From IMG/VR virus record IMGVR_UViG_2728369393_000001: a DNA stretch of 64,000 nt, one strand, 5' to 3'. This document shows positions 21,221 through 31,597 of this stretch, one piece after another (within the stretch, counting starts at the first letter, position 1; every line of letters starts with the position of its first letter). The translations under genes and the position numbers were made by a program. The notes beneath the pieces are model-generated. The model made no database searches. It worked only from the letters and a program-made list of their open reading frames with translations, and had not been told where the DNA came from. Origin of the DNA: a virus. Lineage: Duplodnaviria; Heunggongvirae; Uroviricota; Caudoviricetes.

Positions 21221-24200
21221 ATGAACAAGCTATCTATGGGGGTGTTTCGCTGTTCAAGTGTCAGCGAAATATTGAAATACATTAGGGCAATAACATCTCA
21301 CCGAGCGCCGATTAGATACGGCGTGGAAAAGGTGGAAGGCAAAAGCTATGACCGACTACGCCGGGAGGCAAATCAGAAGGCGATAGATTTGCTTAATTCG
21401 CTGGTGGACGGCGCGACACTGACAGATGAACAGCGCCAGATCCTGGCTGGGTACACCGGCGAAGGCGGCATTGGCGGGTCCGTCTCCGAATATTACACAC
21501 CAAAGCCGATCGCTGAAGGTGTCTGGGAGATCATGAAGCTCTACGGCGCGGACGTAGGTAACACTCTGGAACCATCGGCGGGAACCGGCGTTTTTAATGA
21601 GACAAAACCGGTTGGTACGGTGATGACCGCGACTGAGATCAGCAGTGTTTCCGGTCGTATAAACCAGCTGTTGCACCCGGAAGACAGCGTACAGATTTCT
21701 CCGTTCGAACAACTGGCTGTAAGCACGCCTAACGATTCATTCGACCATGTTGTGGGTAACGTTCCGTTCGGTGGTCGTGATAACACACGCAACATCGATA
21801 AGCCTTACGCAGAAGAAACGGACATGGGTTCTTACTTCATGCTCCGCATGCTGGACAAGATAAAGCCAGGCGGATTCATGTGCGTGATTGTGCCGCCGTC
21901 CATTGTTTCAGGTTCAAACATGAAGCGGTTACGCCTGCGCCTATCACGGAAAGCTGAATTTCTTGGTGCCCACCGCTTGCCTACCGGTACTTTTGACGCT
22001 AACGGGACCAGTACGGTCGTAGATGTGGTGCTGATGCGCAAACATCCGGCAGAGATGGCTGAGAAAATCCCCCTGGTGGATGAAAGCACTCTCGAATCGG
22101 CAAATGTGCTTTGGTCAACGTTTATTTCTGGCAAGTGGTTTGAAAAGGATGGCCGCCGGTTTGTTCATGGCACCCAGGAAAAGGGCTTCCAGGGGCGTAT
22201 TGAGGTTCGTGCCGACGGTCAGATTGATAACCAGGCTCTTAAAGCGAAGCTGATTCATCGTTTCGAAAGCCGTATCGACTGGTCTTTGCTCGATATGGCT
22301 GAACCGTCACCGACCGCAGACGTTGTTGGTGAAGGGGAAATGCGCCTGATTAATGGCGTATGGCAAAAATATGCTGGTGGTCGCTGGATTGAAGCTGATG
22401 CAGGGAAGGAACTTAAGATCGATGCTGCCAGTTATGGCGCGGATAGCTGGGAGGCTCTTCAGCGTAACCTGACTACAACAGAAGGCCGTCTCGGCATGAC
22501 ATTTACCCAGATGGCAAATGTCCGCGATAAGTACACCACATCAATCAGCGACGATATGGTGCAGCTGGTGGACTGGATTAACAGCCAGCCTGAAAAATAC
22601 CGTGAACGCTTGTATCGCGGGGCGATGATTGGCCGGATGTTAATTGAATATCAGGACATGAAGGCCGCCGGGCATAGTGCTGAACAAATCGAACAGCAGC
22701 GCCTTTCTCTGGTATCCCGTTTGCAGGCAGAGATTGACCGTTTTGGTAACCCCGGTCGCGGTCCGATAGCGAAATTATCGGGGAGCGGTGCGCGCGCCTG
22801 GTTTGCTTTCCGTGGTGCAATTAAGCTGGATGGCACTATTTCTGACGAGCTGACAGGAAAACTGGTTACGCATGATTCCAGCGCCAGTTATGACTCCACC
22901 AGCTATCAGGACACCCTGCGTTATCTCTACAGTGATCTCACTCGCGATCCAATCCAGCTCGATGATTTCCGCCTTGCGTTTACCGGCGAACTGCCAGCCA
23001 GTGATGACGAGTTGCTTAATTTATTGGCCAGCACCCCTGGCATTGCGGTTTCACCGTATGGCGGGATTGTTCCGTTCGCCCGCGCCACCAGCGGCGACAT
23101 TAACGAGATAGTGGCTCCAAAACAGGAATTCCTCGCCACGCTCCCCGACGGTCCAGTAAAGAACAACGTCCTTAATCAGCTGGCAGCGATCGAAGAGAAG
23201 CGCATCAAGACGCCAGCAGAGAATATCCGCTTTAAGCTCAATAGCCGTTGGTTCGACCGTTCCGTCATTCTGGAGTTTTTGCAGGAAAACGGCTATCCGG
23301 ATCTGCGCTATGTGCAGTCAGTGCAGTTGGAAGGCGACGAAATGGTTTCTGACACCTATCACGGTGGTGATGGCCTGTTCGTCGGGCACCGATACGGTGT
23401 CGTCCAGCGTAAGGATAAAGAAACAGGCGAGATCCGCTACGAGTGGGACCGTAAATCAGGTGAAAACGCGACCGGGTTCCCGGCACAGCTGGAAAAGTAT
23501 CTCAATGGTGCGCGTATCGGTGGCAAAGATAGCGCGACGGCGAACGGCTACCGCGAGCAGATGGCACTGCTTGAGGACCAGTTCAATAAGTGGATCAAGA
23601 CGCACGATCGCTACGATGAGTTGGTTGCCAAATACAACGATGTGTTCAATAGCAATATCCCGTATGAACATTCTGGCGATCCGCTTGGGTTGAAGGGATT
23701 AAGCGGTAAGCGCCAGCCATTTGATTACCAGAATAGCGAGGTGCGCCGACTGTCCGAAGATGGGCGCGGCATCCTGGGCTTCGGCACCGGGCTGGGTAAA
23801 ACCACGACCGCGCTGGCGCTTGAGGCGTTCAACTATGAGAACGGTCGCTCTACCCGTACTGCGTATGTAGTGCCTAAATCAGTGCTGGAAAATTGGTATT
23901 ACGAAGCAAAAGAATTCCTGAGTGAAGAGGCATTCAGTAACTACTTGTTCGTCGGTCTTGATGTGCTGATGGATGGCGATCAGATTCGCCAGGTGCCGGT
24001 GCTCAATGAGAACGGTAAACCTGTTCTTGGTACTGATGGCACTCCAGTTATGCGCGATGCTCTTAAGCTGGCAGATGAAGCCACTATCACGGCGCGGATG
24101 AACGCGATCCCGCACTCAAACTACCGTGCAGTCGTGTTTACCAAAGAACAATACGCCCGCATTCCGCTACGTGATGACACCGTAGATGAGCATGCACAAG

Positions 24201-27200
24201 ACATGCTTTATGACTTCGTTGCCGCCGGGCGCGTAGCCAGCGCAATGGATTCCGACTCCCATCGTAAAGAGGCGGCGCGTCGCCGGGTATTGTCGGAGTA
24301 TTCAGATACCGGTACCGAAAAAGCAGAGAAATATCCGTACTTTGAGGATATGGGCTTCGATAGTGTGATCGCCGACGAAGGCCACAACTACCGCAATAGC
24401 TATAAAAATGGTCGCGAAGCGTCACAACTGGCCTATCTGCCCACCAGCGCGGTGGCGCAATCGGCGCGGGATATGGCAATCAAAAACGCGTACCTGATGA
24501 AAAAGAATGGCGGGCGCGGGCCGGTTCTCCTGACTGCAACGCCAGTCGTTAACACCCCGATCGATGCATACAACATGCTTTCTCATGTTCTGCCGAAGGA
24601 ATACTGGCAGAAGATGGGGATCTACGGTCCTGATGACTTCGTTAAATTCTTCGGCAAGACCAGGCTGGAAACGGTACAGAAAATCAGCGGTGAAGTTGAA
24701 GAAAAAATGGCGCTGGTGGGCTTTGAAAACCTTGATGCGCTGCGCGGTATATTCCATCGCTGGGTAACGCTTAAAACGGCGGAAGACGTTAAGGATACCG
24801 TGGAGATCCCGGAGCTGGACGAACACCAGCAGGATGCACCACTTACTGAAGAACAACTGGCGGCGTATGAAGAATTGCGTCAGCAGGCGGAAGCGGCGGC
24901 CAAAGCCAACAATGGCGTAACGACCTCGGTCAATGAAGACGGCGTGATTGAGCACGAGAAGGCCCGTCCGATCTTCTCAATAATCAGGGATATGGACCGC
25001 GTATGTACTGACATGGACCTGTACTATCGCCGGATCACCTATCGTTTCCTGCCGGAGTACGCCGATGCGGTGCAGCAGCTGGCGGACAGTTTGCCTAAAC
25101 AAGCCACCAGCGAAGACGACGACAGTGATGATTTAATCACGCAGCAATCGCAATACTCCCTGATAGATAAGGGCGAGTTTATTCAGTTGCAGGTTCCGGA
25201 AGCGTTCGAGCAGGAAGTGAATAAGCGCCTGGCCAGGTTTGGCATTGACGAACAGACCGTAACTCACCCCGTTACGCCCAAATACGCGAAGCTGATTGCC
25301 ACGCTGAAGGAGTTTTTCCCGGAAGGTAAGCAAATCATCTTCACCGATGAAAAAACGCAGCACCAGAAGCTCAAGCGCATTATCTGCAATGCTCTTAACC
25401 TTGAACCTTCAAAGGTGGGGATACTGAATGCTCAGACGGTTGCCGAGGCAGGTAAAACCGGTAAGAAACTGAAAGCGGTTAAACCGCCGAAAGAGTTACC
25501 GGATGAACCAACAGATGCACAGATAGCGAAATACAACGAGCAAATGGCTCTGTATGACGCCTATATCGCGCAGCAAAATGAAATGTCGTTGGGCGGTCTG
25601 GAAAAGATTGCAGCCGACTTCCAGGAGGGCCGGACTCCGATCATCATCTGCAACAAAAAGGCAGAGGTGGGTATCAACCTGCATCGAGGAACGACTGACA
25701 TCCATCATCTGACGTTGCCATGGACTCCAGCCAGTATTGCGCAACGAAACGGTCGCGGTGCCCGAGTTGGCTCCAACCGTGCAAGCGTTCGCGTTCACTA
25801 CTACTGCGGCAAGGGTTCTTTCGATGAATACCGACTGAAGACGCTGAAGCGTAAAGCAGGCTGGATCTCCGATATCCTCCGTTCAGATAAGTCAGAAATG
25901 GAGAACGCCGACGCCAACGATATGATCGAAATGCAGATGTATACCGCTAAGGATGATGGCGAACGTCTGGCAATGATGCAGGTTCAAATGGATAAGGCGA
26001 AAGCCGCGCAACGCGCTCGCCAGAAAGAACAGGCTACTATCGACCTTCAGAACTACATCAAGGCGCAGCACGCAGCTGGTGAGGATGTGGAGGTGCTTAC
26101 CGCTGAATTAGAGCGAAGCAAAGCGGAACTTGAAAAGACCACCGCCGAGGTAGCTAAATTCAAACAGGCGGCAATGGCCAAGGCAGCGGATAACGCAGAC
26201 TGGAAGGCACGCTGGGGGAGTGTCCATCACACAGACCGTATGTTGTTAGCACAGTATCGCGCGTCGTTGAAAAGCGCCATTCAGCGCAAGGCTAATATCT
26301 CTCAAGCCATCTCCCGCTATGAGAAATTATTGAACCGTACTCAGAAGGCCGCGACGGATATCAAACGCCTGCGCCCGCTGGTGGAGGATGCATTAAATAA
26401 AGGCATTCTGGATGTTGATCCTGACCTGGTTAACCATGCGAGTGAGTTCCTTGTTATCGGCGATCGCTCATGGCGTGTAGGCCAATACTACGATTGTGCC
26501 GGTGATATCGTTCGCATTAAGTCGCTGGACTTCGACAGCCAGCGCGCAGACGTGGAGATCATCTTCACCTTCAAAGGCACCAAATCTGGTAACTGGGATG
26601 TGAAGACGCTGGATAAACAGGTTGATGTAACTCCCGATGAAGATGCTGTTATGCAGAAAATCAGTGGTGGCGTCTCCATCGCCGGGATTAACGACATCGT
26701 TTCCTGTGACGATTTCTACCGTTTCCAGCAGCGCGGCATGATCAAAATCACTGACTCATACGGCGTTCAGACTACAGAGTCAGGCTATAGCATTGATTTT
26801 GTTGGTACCTATACGGACCCACTGAAGCATGCGGTTTACCCGGATCGCCGTGACGGCGCGCTGAAGTCGTCAATTGCAAAATGGGTGCTTGGTATGATGT
26901 CGGAAGGGAATAACCGCCAGATCCGTTCGGCAGAAGCATTCCTGGTTGAACTGTTTGGCTCCAATTATGGCGATGTAATCGCGTCATACGGAGATACGCT
27001 ATCCCCTGAAGCAATTCAGGAGAAAATAGCGGATGCGATCGCCAGAATGCCGGAGAAAACAAGCCAGGGGGCTACTCGTAACGGGGATTCTGAACTTGAA
27101 GTCACCAATGCCATTTTCGGTACCAATGAGTTCCGGGCGTCAGATTATGAGATCACCACAGCACAGTTTGGCACCATTGGCATTTACAGCAATAAAGACG

Positions 27201-27988
27201 AGATCAAGCAGGCAATGGACGCAGCAAGCGCGCGCATTGCAGCAGAACGGAAAGTCAATCTGAATCATGCAGTCGCCGCGCTGACTCAATCGTGGGTAAC
27301 AGCAATCAGGGAGGCCGCCACCACAGGAAAAATCACACCGGCAATTGCGGATGTCGTAAACGACGGCTCTAAATTTATGGATGCCTATAAAATGGATGCG
27401 GTGCAGTTGCCATCAGCCTATGGGCAACTCAGCTATCGCATGACCTACAACCTGGTATCAATGTTTACCGACCTTGCCATCCTTGGGCTGGTGGACCTTA
27501 ACGAGGTTACGCCGGAATTGCTCAGCATGCGCAAGAATCATGTGGAGATATTGCACAGAATTAACACGGTACTTGCCGGGCGCACCGATGAAGAGAAACA
27601 GGCAGACGCTGATCGGATAAACCTGGCCCTTGGCAACATCACGGAGGAAGAAATTGCTGCCAGAAACGAGAAACAAGAAGAGTTATCATCAATACAGGGT
27701 GATGCCACCAGCATAGCTCAGTCTCTTGGTCTGAATTATCGCGTATCCACCGCCGACCTGAAGATGATGTACGCACCAAAATTCGCCGCTGGCGAGGTAT
27801 TTGGGCTTCAGGAAGCCTCCGGCATGAAAGGGGTTCTTTTCCGTGCGAAAGACGCAATCAAGGCGAAATTCGGCGCTCGCTGGTTGCCAGCGAAGGCGAA
27901 GAACAGCGACTTCCCAGGTAACTGGTGGATTATCGAGACAAAACACAACGTGGCGGACGTTCTGGCCGTCATCCAACAATACGCATAA
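21221..27988 (+). CDS. darB: DarB antirestriction protein: N6-adenine methyltransferase domain fused to SF2 helicase
   Basis: 2255 aa; NVPFGG (NPPF-type MTase motif), GFGTGLGKTT Walker A, ADEGHN (DExH), QRNGRGARVG helicase motif VI. Confidence 0.85.
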   Translation: MNKLSMGVFRCSSVSEILKYIRAITSHRAPIRYGVEKVEGKSYDRLRREANQKAIDLLNSLVDGATLTDEQRQILAGYTGEGGIGGSVSEYYTPKPIAEGVWEIMKLYGADVGNTLEPSAGTGVFNETKPVGTVMTATEISSVSGRINQLLHPEDSVQISPFEQLAVSTPNDSFDHVVGNVPFGGRDNTRNIDKPYAEETDMGSYFMLRMLDKIKPGGFMCVIVPPSIVSGSNMKRLRLRLSRKAEFLGAHRLPTGTFDANGTSTVVDVVLMRKHPAEMAEKIPLVDESTLESANVLWSTFISGKWFEKDGRRFVHGTQEKGFQGRIEVRADGQIDNQALKAKLIHRFESRIDWSLLDMAEPSPTADVVGEGEMRLINGVWQKYAGGRWIEADAGKELKIDAASYGADSWEALQRNLTTTEGRLGMTFTQMANVRDKYTTSISDDMVQLVDWINSQPEKYRERLYRGAMIGRMLIEYQDMKAAGHSAEQIEQQRLSLVSRLQAEIDRFGNPGRGPIAKLSGSGARAWFAFRGAIKLDGTISDELTGKLVTHDSSASYDSTSYQDTLRYLYSDLTRDPIQLDDFRLAFTGELPASDDELLNLLASTPGIAVSPYGGIVPFARATSGDINEIVAPKQEFLATLPDGPVKNNVLNQLAAIEEKRIKTPAENIRFKLNSRWFDRSVILEFLQENGYPDLRYVQSVQLEGDEMVSDTYHGGDGLFVGHRYGVVQRKDKETGEIRYEWDRKSGENATGFPAQLEKYLNGARIGGKDSATANGYREQMALLEDQFNKWIKTHDRYDELVAKYNDVFNSNIPYEHSGDPLGLKGLSGKRQPFDYQNSEVRRLSEDGRGILGFGTGLGKTTTALALEAFNYENGRSTRTAYVVPKSVLENWYYEAKEFLSEEAFSNYLFVGLDVLMDGDQIRQVPVLNENGKPVLGTDGTPVMRDALKLADEATITARMNAIPHSNYRAVVFTKEQYARIPLRDDTVDEHAQDMLYDFVAAGRVASAMDSDSHRKEAARRRVLSEYSDTGTEKAEKYPYFEDMGFDSVIADEGHNYRNSYKNGREASQLAYLPTSAVAQSARDMAIKNAYLMKKNGGRGPVLLTATPVVNTPIDAYNMLSHVLPKEYWQKMGIYGPDDFVKFFGKTRLETVQKISGEVEEKMALVGFENLDALRGIFHRWVTLKTAEDVKDTVEIPELDEHQQDAPLTEEQLAAYEELRQQAEAAAKANNGVTTSVNEDGVIEHEKARPIFSIIRDMDRVCTDMDLYYRRITYRFLPEYADAVQQLADSLPKQATSEDDDSDDLITQQSQYSLIDKGEFIQLQVPEAFEQEVNKRLARFGIDEQTVTHPVTPKYAKLIATLKEFFPEGKQIIFTDEKTQHQKLKRIICNALNLEPSKVGILNAQTVAEAGKTGKKLKAVKPPKELPDEPTDAQIAKYNEQMALYDAYIAQQNEMSLGGLEKIAADFQEGRTPIIICNKKAEVGINLHRGTTDIHHLTLPWTPASIAQRNGRGARVGSNRASVRVHYYCGKGSFDEYRLKTLKRKAGWISDILRSDKSEMENADANDMIEMQMYTAKDDGERLAMMQVQMDKAKAAQRARQKEQATIDLQNYIKAQHAAGEDVEVLTAELERSKAELEKTTAEVAKFKQAAMAKAADNADWKARWGSVHHTDRMLLAQYRASLKSAIQRKANISQAISRYEKLLNRTQKAATDIKRLRPLVEDALNKGILDVDPDLVNHASEFLVIGDRSWRVGQYYDCAGDIVRIKSLDFDSQRADVEIIFTFKGTKSGNWDVKTLDKQVDVTPDEDAVMQKISGGVSIAGINDIVSCDDFYRFQQRGMIKITDSYGVQTTESGYSIDFVGTYTDPLKHAVYPDRRDGALKSSIAKWVLGMMSEGNNRQIRSAEAFLVELFGSNYGDVIASYGDTLSPEAIQEKIADAIARMPEKTSQGATRNGDSELEVTNAIFGTNEFRASDYEITTAQFGTIGIYSNKDEIKQAMDAASARIAAERKVNLNHAVAALTQSWVTAIREAATTGKITPAIADVVNDGSKFMDAYKMDAVQLPSAYGQLSYRMTYNLVSMFTDLAILGLVDLNEVTPELLSMRKNHVEILHRINTVLAGRTDEEKQADADRINLALGNITEEEIAARNEKQEELSSIQGDATSIAQSLGLNYRVSTADLKMMYAPKFAAGEVFGLQEASGMKGVLFRAKDAIKAKFGARWLPAKAKNSDFPGNWWIIETKHNVADVLAVIQQYA

Positions 27989-28021
27989 CAGGAGCGCCCG
28001 GTTCGCCGGGCGTCGCATAAT

Positions 28022-28462
28022 ATGGCCACACTATCTGATACAATAAAACCGAATAAAACATATCTTGAGGCGGTACTCCGTACAGCGTTGTTAGGAAAGA
28101 CAGAAGACGAATACGTTGATTTCTTCCTGTCAGGGCTACGCGGGCGATTACTGAAAAATCCCCGCCTGTACCGCAGCTATGGTCCATACTGGCCGGAAAT
28201 TAAAAAATTATTACTGGAGCGCGGTTATGGTAATTTCGGTCGTCTCGTTGACCGTGACGTTCGCAAAATTTACCGTTATGACCGCCCGGCGCTAACACTC
28301 ATAGCCGCGACGCTCTACAGCCAGGAGCGTTTTGATAATGGTCAGATATACTCAGCCTGGCATTTACTGCCAGTGCCTGAAGAAGTTGACGACCAGGACT
28401 ATGAGTTTGAGTCTTACGATTTGGAAGTTGAAGCCTTGGCACAGGCTGGAGAGAAAACTTGA
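28022..28462 (+). CDS. ulx: Ulx-like protein (gene upstream of lxc)
   Basis: 146 aa; synteny only. Confidence 0.45.
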   Translation: MATLSDTIKPNKTYLEAVLRTALLGKTEDEYVDFFLSGLRGRLLKNPRLYRSYGPYWPEIKKLLLERGYGNFGRLVDRDVRKIYRYDRPALTLIAATLYSQERFDNGQIYSAWHLLPVPEEVDDQDYEFESYDLEVEALAQAGEKT

Positions 28463-28707
28463 AAAAGCGATACTACACAGTAAAGCATGGGACGCTACGA
28501 GCATTACAAGAGTTTGCTGACAAGCATAACGTTGAGGTGCGCAGGGAAGGGGGAAGTAAAGCTCTGCGCATGTACCGTCCGGACGGGAAATGGCGTACAG
28601 TCGTCGATTTCAAAACAAACAGTGTTCCCCAGGGCGTCCGCGACCGGGCATTCGAAGAATGGGAGCAGATCATCATAGATAATGCATTGCTTCTCAATGC
28701 TGATTGA
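28459..28707 (+). CDS. lxc: Lxc/Bof-like C1 co-repressor
   Basis: 82 aa, basic; length and position consistent with P1 Lxc. Confidence 0.55.
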   Translation: MKKRYYTVKHGTLRALQEFADKHNVEVRREGGSKALRMYRPDGKWRTVVDFKTNSVPQGVRDRAFEEWEQIIIDNALLLNAD

Positions 28708-28789
28708 GTTTTGTTGGCCCGGTTTGCACCGGGCGTTTCACAAACAATCAACTGGTTTGTAGTTCCTGCGGCGAGATGAATTATTAATA

Positions 28790-29398
28790 TTATCGTGGTG
28801 CCGATGATGCGATAGCCTGTATGATGTTATCAATATCGTTATCGTTCAGCATGAATATAGGTACACCATTAGAGTTTGCATTTTTTTCAGTGCTCATCAA
28901 ACAAAGCCCCTCATACATGCCGCGAGTTTTTTTGAAATTGGCGACTGATGGAGTGGTGTAATTTCCTTTAAAGTGCATTCCGGCTGATTCATAAAAAGGA
29001 ACCAAATCAGACTGGCAAATCAAAGCGACCTCATTTGGAAATGCAAGTATTTCTGCCAGTATATTACTTCCAAGTCCATTACCACGATATTGCTCATATA
29101 CATATATTTTATGACAGTACAACGGAAAATTTCCCGATGGATGTCCGAAGATTAAGGCGTATCCGAACAAGTTTTCTTCATTAGTAAAGCCCATAATGCG
29201 CAAATGACCGGCTCGGTAACACTCTTCAAAAACGTTAATTATGTAGCTTCTCGCTGCTTTCAGCTCCTCTTCTGTCGGGAACATCATCAACCCCATAAGC
29301 GATGGAGTATAGGCCAGATCCTGAAGAATCCCATTAGCTTCATTTTCGAAAATTAGCGGTAAGTGCGGTACAATTTCATTTGCCGAGGTATTAGACAT
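28790..29398 (-). CDS. GNAT family N-acetyltransferase
   Basis: 202 aa, ATG; acetyl-CoA binding motif YEQYRGNGLGSNILAEI; AT-rich flanks. Confidence 0.75.
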   Translation of the reverse strand: MSNTSANEIVPHLPLIFENEANGILQDLAYTPSLMGLMMFPTEEELKAARSYIINVFEECYRAGHLRIMGFTNEENLFGYALIFGHPSGNFPLYCHKIYVYEQYRGNGLGSNILAEILAFPNEVALICQSDLVPFYESAGMHFKGNYTTPSVANFKKTRGMYEGLCLMSTEKNANSNGVPIFMLNDNDIDNIIQAIASSAPR

Positions 29399-29406
29399 AG
29401 TATGGT

Positions 29407-29430
29407 GAGTCCTTTGTTTTCAAAGGACTC
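29407..29430. promoter_or_regulatory. perfect 10-bp inverted repeat (4-nt spacer) immediately upstream of the GNAT start codon
   Basis: GAGTCCTTTG-TTTT-CAAAGGACTC; overlaps the likely RBS on the minus strand. Confidence 0.5.
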
Positions 29431-29597
29431 ATGTTATCAGTGATAATCGTTTGTTGTAATAGTGTTGATAAAATAATTTTCTATTATGTAAGCAAGCTCA
29501 TTTTTATGACGGGTAATGCAAAAAAAAATAGAATCAAAAAACTAAAAAATAATAATTCATGGGGTTTTACACCATCAAAAGTCCCCACTATAAATTA

Positions 29598-30239
29598 TTA
29601 GAAATAATTATGCTTGCCTGTTAATACCCCTTTCGGCACTTTTTTTTGTTCCAGTGTCTGGGTACCCAGAATTATGTTAATAAGTGGACTTAGTAACGAT
29701 GGTTCCTGGCGGGCTTCAACTTCTCCAGCCATTGCCCTGATGTAGTCGGCGCTGGCAACGTTGTTGTATTCCGTCGCAAAGCAACATAGTAACGTCAGAA
29801 CATGCTCTGTCGTTATTTCGCTCCAGTTGATGTTGAAAAATTCATCGCCTTTTTTATCGTGTTCGGAATCGAAGATGCTTTGGTGGAGGATGTATTTGCC
29901 GGATTCCTTGCGCGGTAACTTGATCGCTTTCTGGCGTTCCAGCTCCTTGTAAATCTGCATTGCTTCAATCAGTACCGGCCTGCCGTTCATGAAGGGATCG
30001 CGCAACCTTACACGCTGGCCAACTCGACCAGTAATAAAGCTGTTTTCCTCTTCCACCAGCACGATAAAACCCTTTTCCTCTTTTTCTCGCAATTCGCGCA
30101 GCAGCTGGAGTTCCATGTCGCGGCGGCGTTCAGGGTAGCTGGTCCGCTCAGCCATTATCAGCTCGTTGTTGATCCATGCAGCAGTCATTGACGCCGGTTT
30201 GCCGACGCTCATCGAAACAACGCATATTTTCTTATCCAT
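29598..30239 (-). CDS. hypothetical protein between GNAT gene and ref (P1 Mat-like by position only)
   Basis: ATG (MDKKICVV) 9 codons into track ORF 29598..30266. Confidence 0.4.
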   Translation of the reverse strand: MDKKICVVSMSVGKPASMTAAWINNELIMAERTSYPERRRDMELQLLRELREKEEKGFIVLVEEENSFITGRVGQRVRLRDPFMNGRPVLIEAMQIYKELERQKAIKLPRKESGKYILHQSIFDSEHDKKGDEFFNINWSEITTEHVLTLLCCFATEYNNVASADYIRAMAGEVEARQEPSLLSPLINIILGTQTLEQKKVPKGVLTGKHNYF

Positions 30240-30427
30240 AGCGCCCCTACAAAAAAGAAAAGCCACCAGCGGCGGCTTAGCAATACAACTGAAGGTAGCG
30301 CCCGGTACTCAGACTGTGCCGTCCATGGAATATTTGAAAAGGGATCCATCCGTACCGGGCGTGTGATGATTCTGACTCAAGTCACTTGTCAGTTGTCAAT
30401 CATTTAAGATTAAAAATAATATATTTA

Positions 30428-30988
30428 TTAGTGCATGATGTTTGCCATTTCATAGGCGTCAGCCAGCAACTCCATCTCTGACTTGTTCAACAAGGTGAAT
30501 TCTTTCTTGCCTCCTACCACGCCATCGGCATGAACAGGGACCAGCCAGGGGTATTTTTCTCTTACTTCAGCCGGTGCTGCATGCTGGTGGTGCCATCTGC
30601 AAAGGGGCAATTGCTTTTTGTGACAACCCGGCGCGGTACGACCGGAGATATGGTGCAGAGACACCTCTTCAGATATTACTCCATGCATGTAGCAGGCAAT
30701 GCAGGGGAGAGTGCCAAGAGCATTGGCGATAGTCTGTTCCTCCTCCGTCGGTGTTCGCCCCTTCAAGCCACGAGATTTTATTTTTACCGCACTTTTCCGC
30801 GTTTTGCTGGCTGGTGGGCGCTCTTTCTGTTTAGCGATACGGCGGTCGATAGAATCCCGCATTTTCTGATATTGCGATTCTCGCCAGGCGGGGTCAGCCA
30901 ACTTTTCCCGTTGCCGAGCGATCGCTCGTTCTCTGGCTGCCTTCTGCCACTCGCGGCGCTGTTCAAGTTTTTGTTCGATTGTTTTCAT
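30428..30988 (-). CDS. ref: Ref, recombination enhancement function (HNH endonuclease)
   Basis: 186 aa from MKTIEQKLEQRREWQKAARERAIARQREK..; HNH-like Cys/His motif CIACYMHG..HH..CHKK; next to cre. Confidence 0.8.
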   Translation of the reverse strand: MKTIEQKLEQRREWQKAARERAIARQREKLADPAWRESQYQKMRDSIDRRIAKQKERPPASKTRKSAVKIKSRGLKGRTPTEEEQTIANALGTLPCIACYMHGVISEEVSLHHISGRTAPGCHKKQLPLCRWHHQHAAPAEVREKYPWLVPVHADGVVGGKKEFTLLNKSEMELLADAYEMANIMH

Positions 30989-31086
30989 ATGGCAAAAAAA
31001 AGGCGGCCTAATGGCCGCCAATGATGTCAAGGAGTGAAGTAATGGCAACGTCTTCGTAGTTGACAAAAACTGCGGCCAAATTATAG

Positions 31087-31103
31087 CAATCAATTAGAGC
31101 AAT
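31087..31103 (-). promoter_or_regulatory. C1 operator-like site upstream of ref
   Basis: minus strand ATTGCTCTAATTGATTG, 14/17. Confidence 0.45.
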
Positions 31104-31563
31104 GGTATATATTTTGTTTCTCGCGAATCACATTTTTTCACTTCAGTACCTGTGTGCTATACTCCTTCTTGATTGATTGGATGCGGAATACAAACCCGCT
31201 CTTTTGTGCAGCCTGGCTCCTTGCCAGGCTTTTTTTTATTTCATCATGGAAGCGGTTAACGCTTTGGACCTTGCTGAACTGATTGAAAGGGCATTGTTTA
31301 CCTTACCCAGGAGTTCGCCAAATTCCCCCATCACTCTAGTAAGCCCGCGCCGCGCTTCCTCCTCCGTTGCATTCATCACAAAATGTTCAGCACTCCGCAT
31401 GCTTTTAACGGGGAACGCAACAGATATCGAGTCGATATCAGGCATCCTATCGCTCAACTTTACGGTGACAATGACAGATGGCGACAGAATATTAGTGCTT
31501 ACAGACAGCACTACATATTTTCCGTCGATGTTGAAATCCTTTCTCATATGCCACCATAAATAT

Positions 31564-31580
31564 CAAAGAATTAGAGCAAT
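31564..31580 (-). promoter_or_regulatory. C1 operator-like site just downstream of cre
   Basis: minus strand ATTGCTCTAATTCTTTG, 13/17. Confidence 0.4.
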
Positions 31581-31597
31581 CATTTACGCGTTAATGG

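Noticed and set aside
21356-27988. Numerous 60-130-aa ORFs on both strands inside darB (e.g. 21356..21712, 24422..24955, 27689..28018)
   Set aside because: All are nested within or antisense to the single 2255-aa reading frame carrying coherent methyltransferase and helicase motifs.
28708-30400. Type III restriction-modification genes (res/mod) expected between lxc and ref by analogy with P1
   Set aside because: No ORF of appropriate size or with methyltransferase/helicase-restriction motifs exists here; the interval holds only the GNAT gene and one 213-aa protein.
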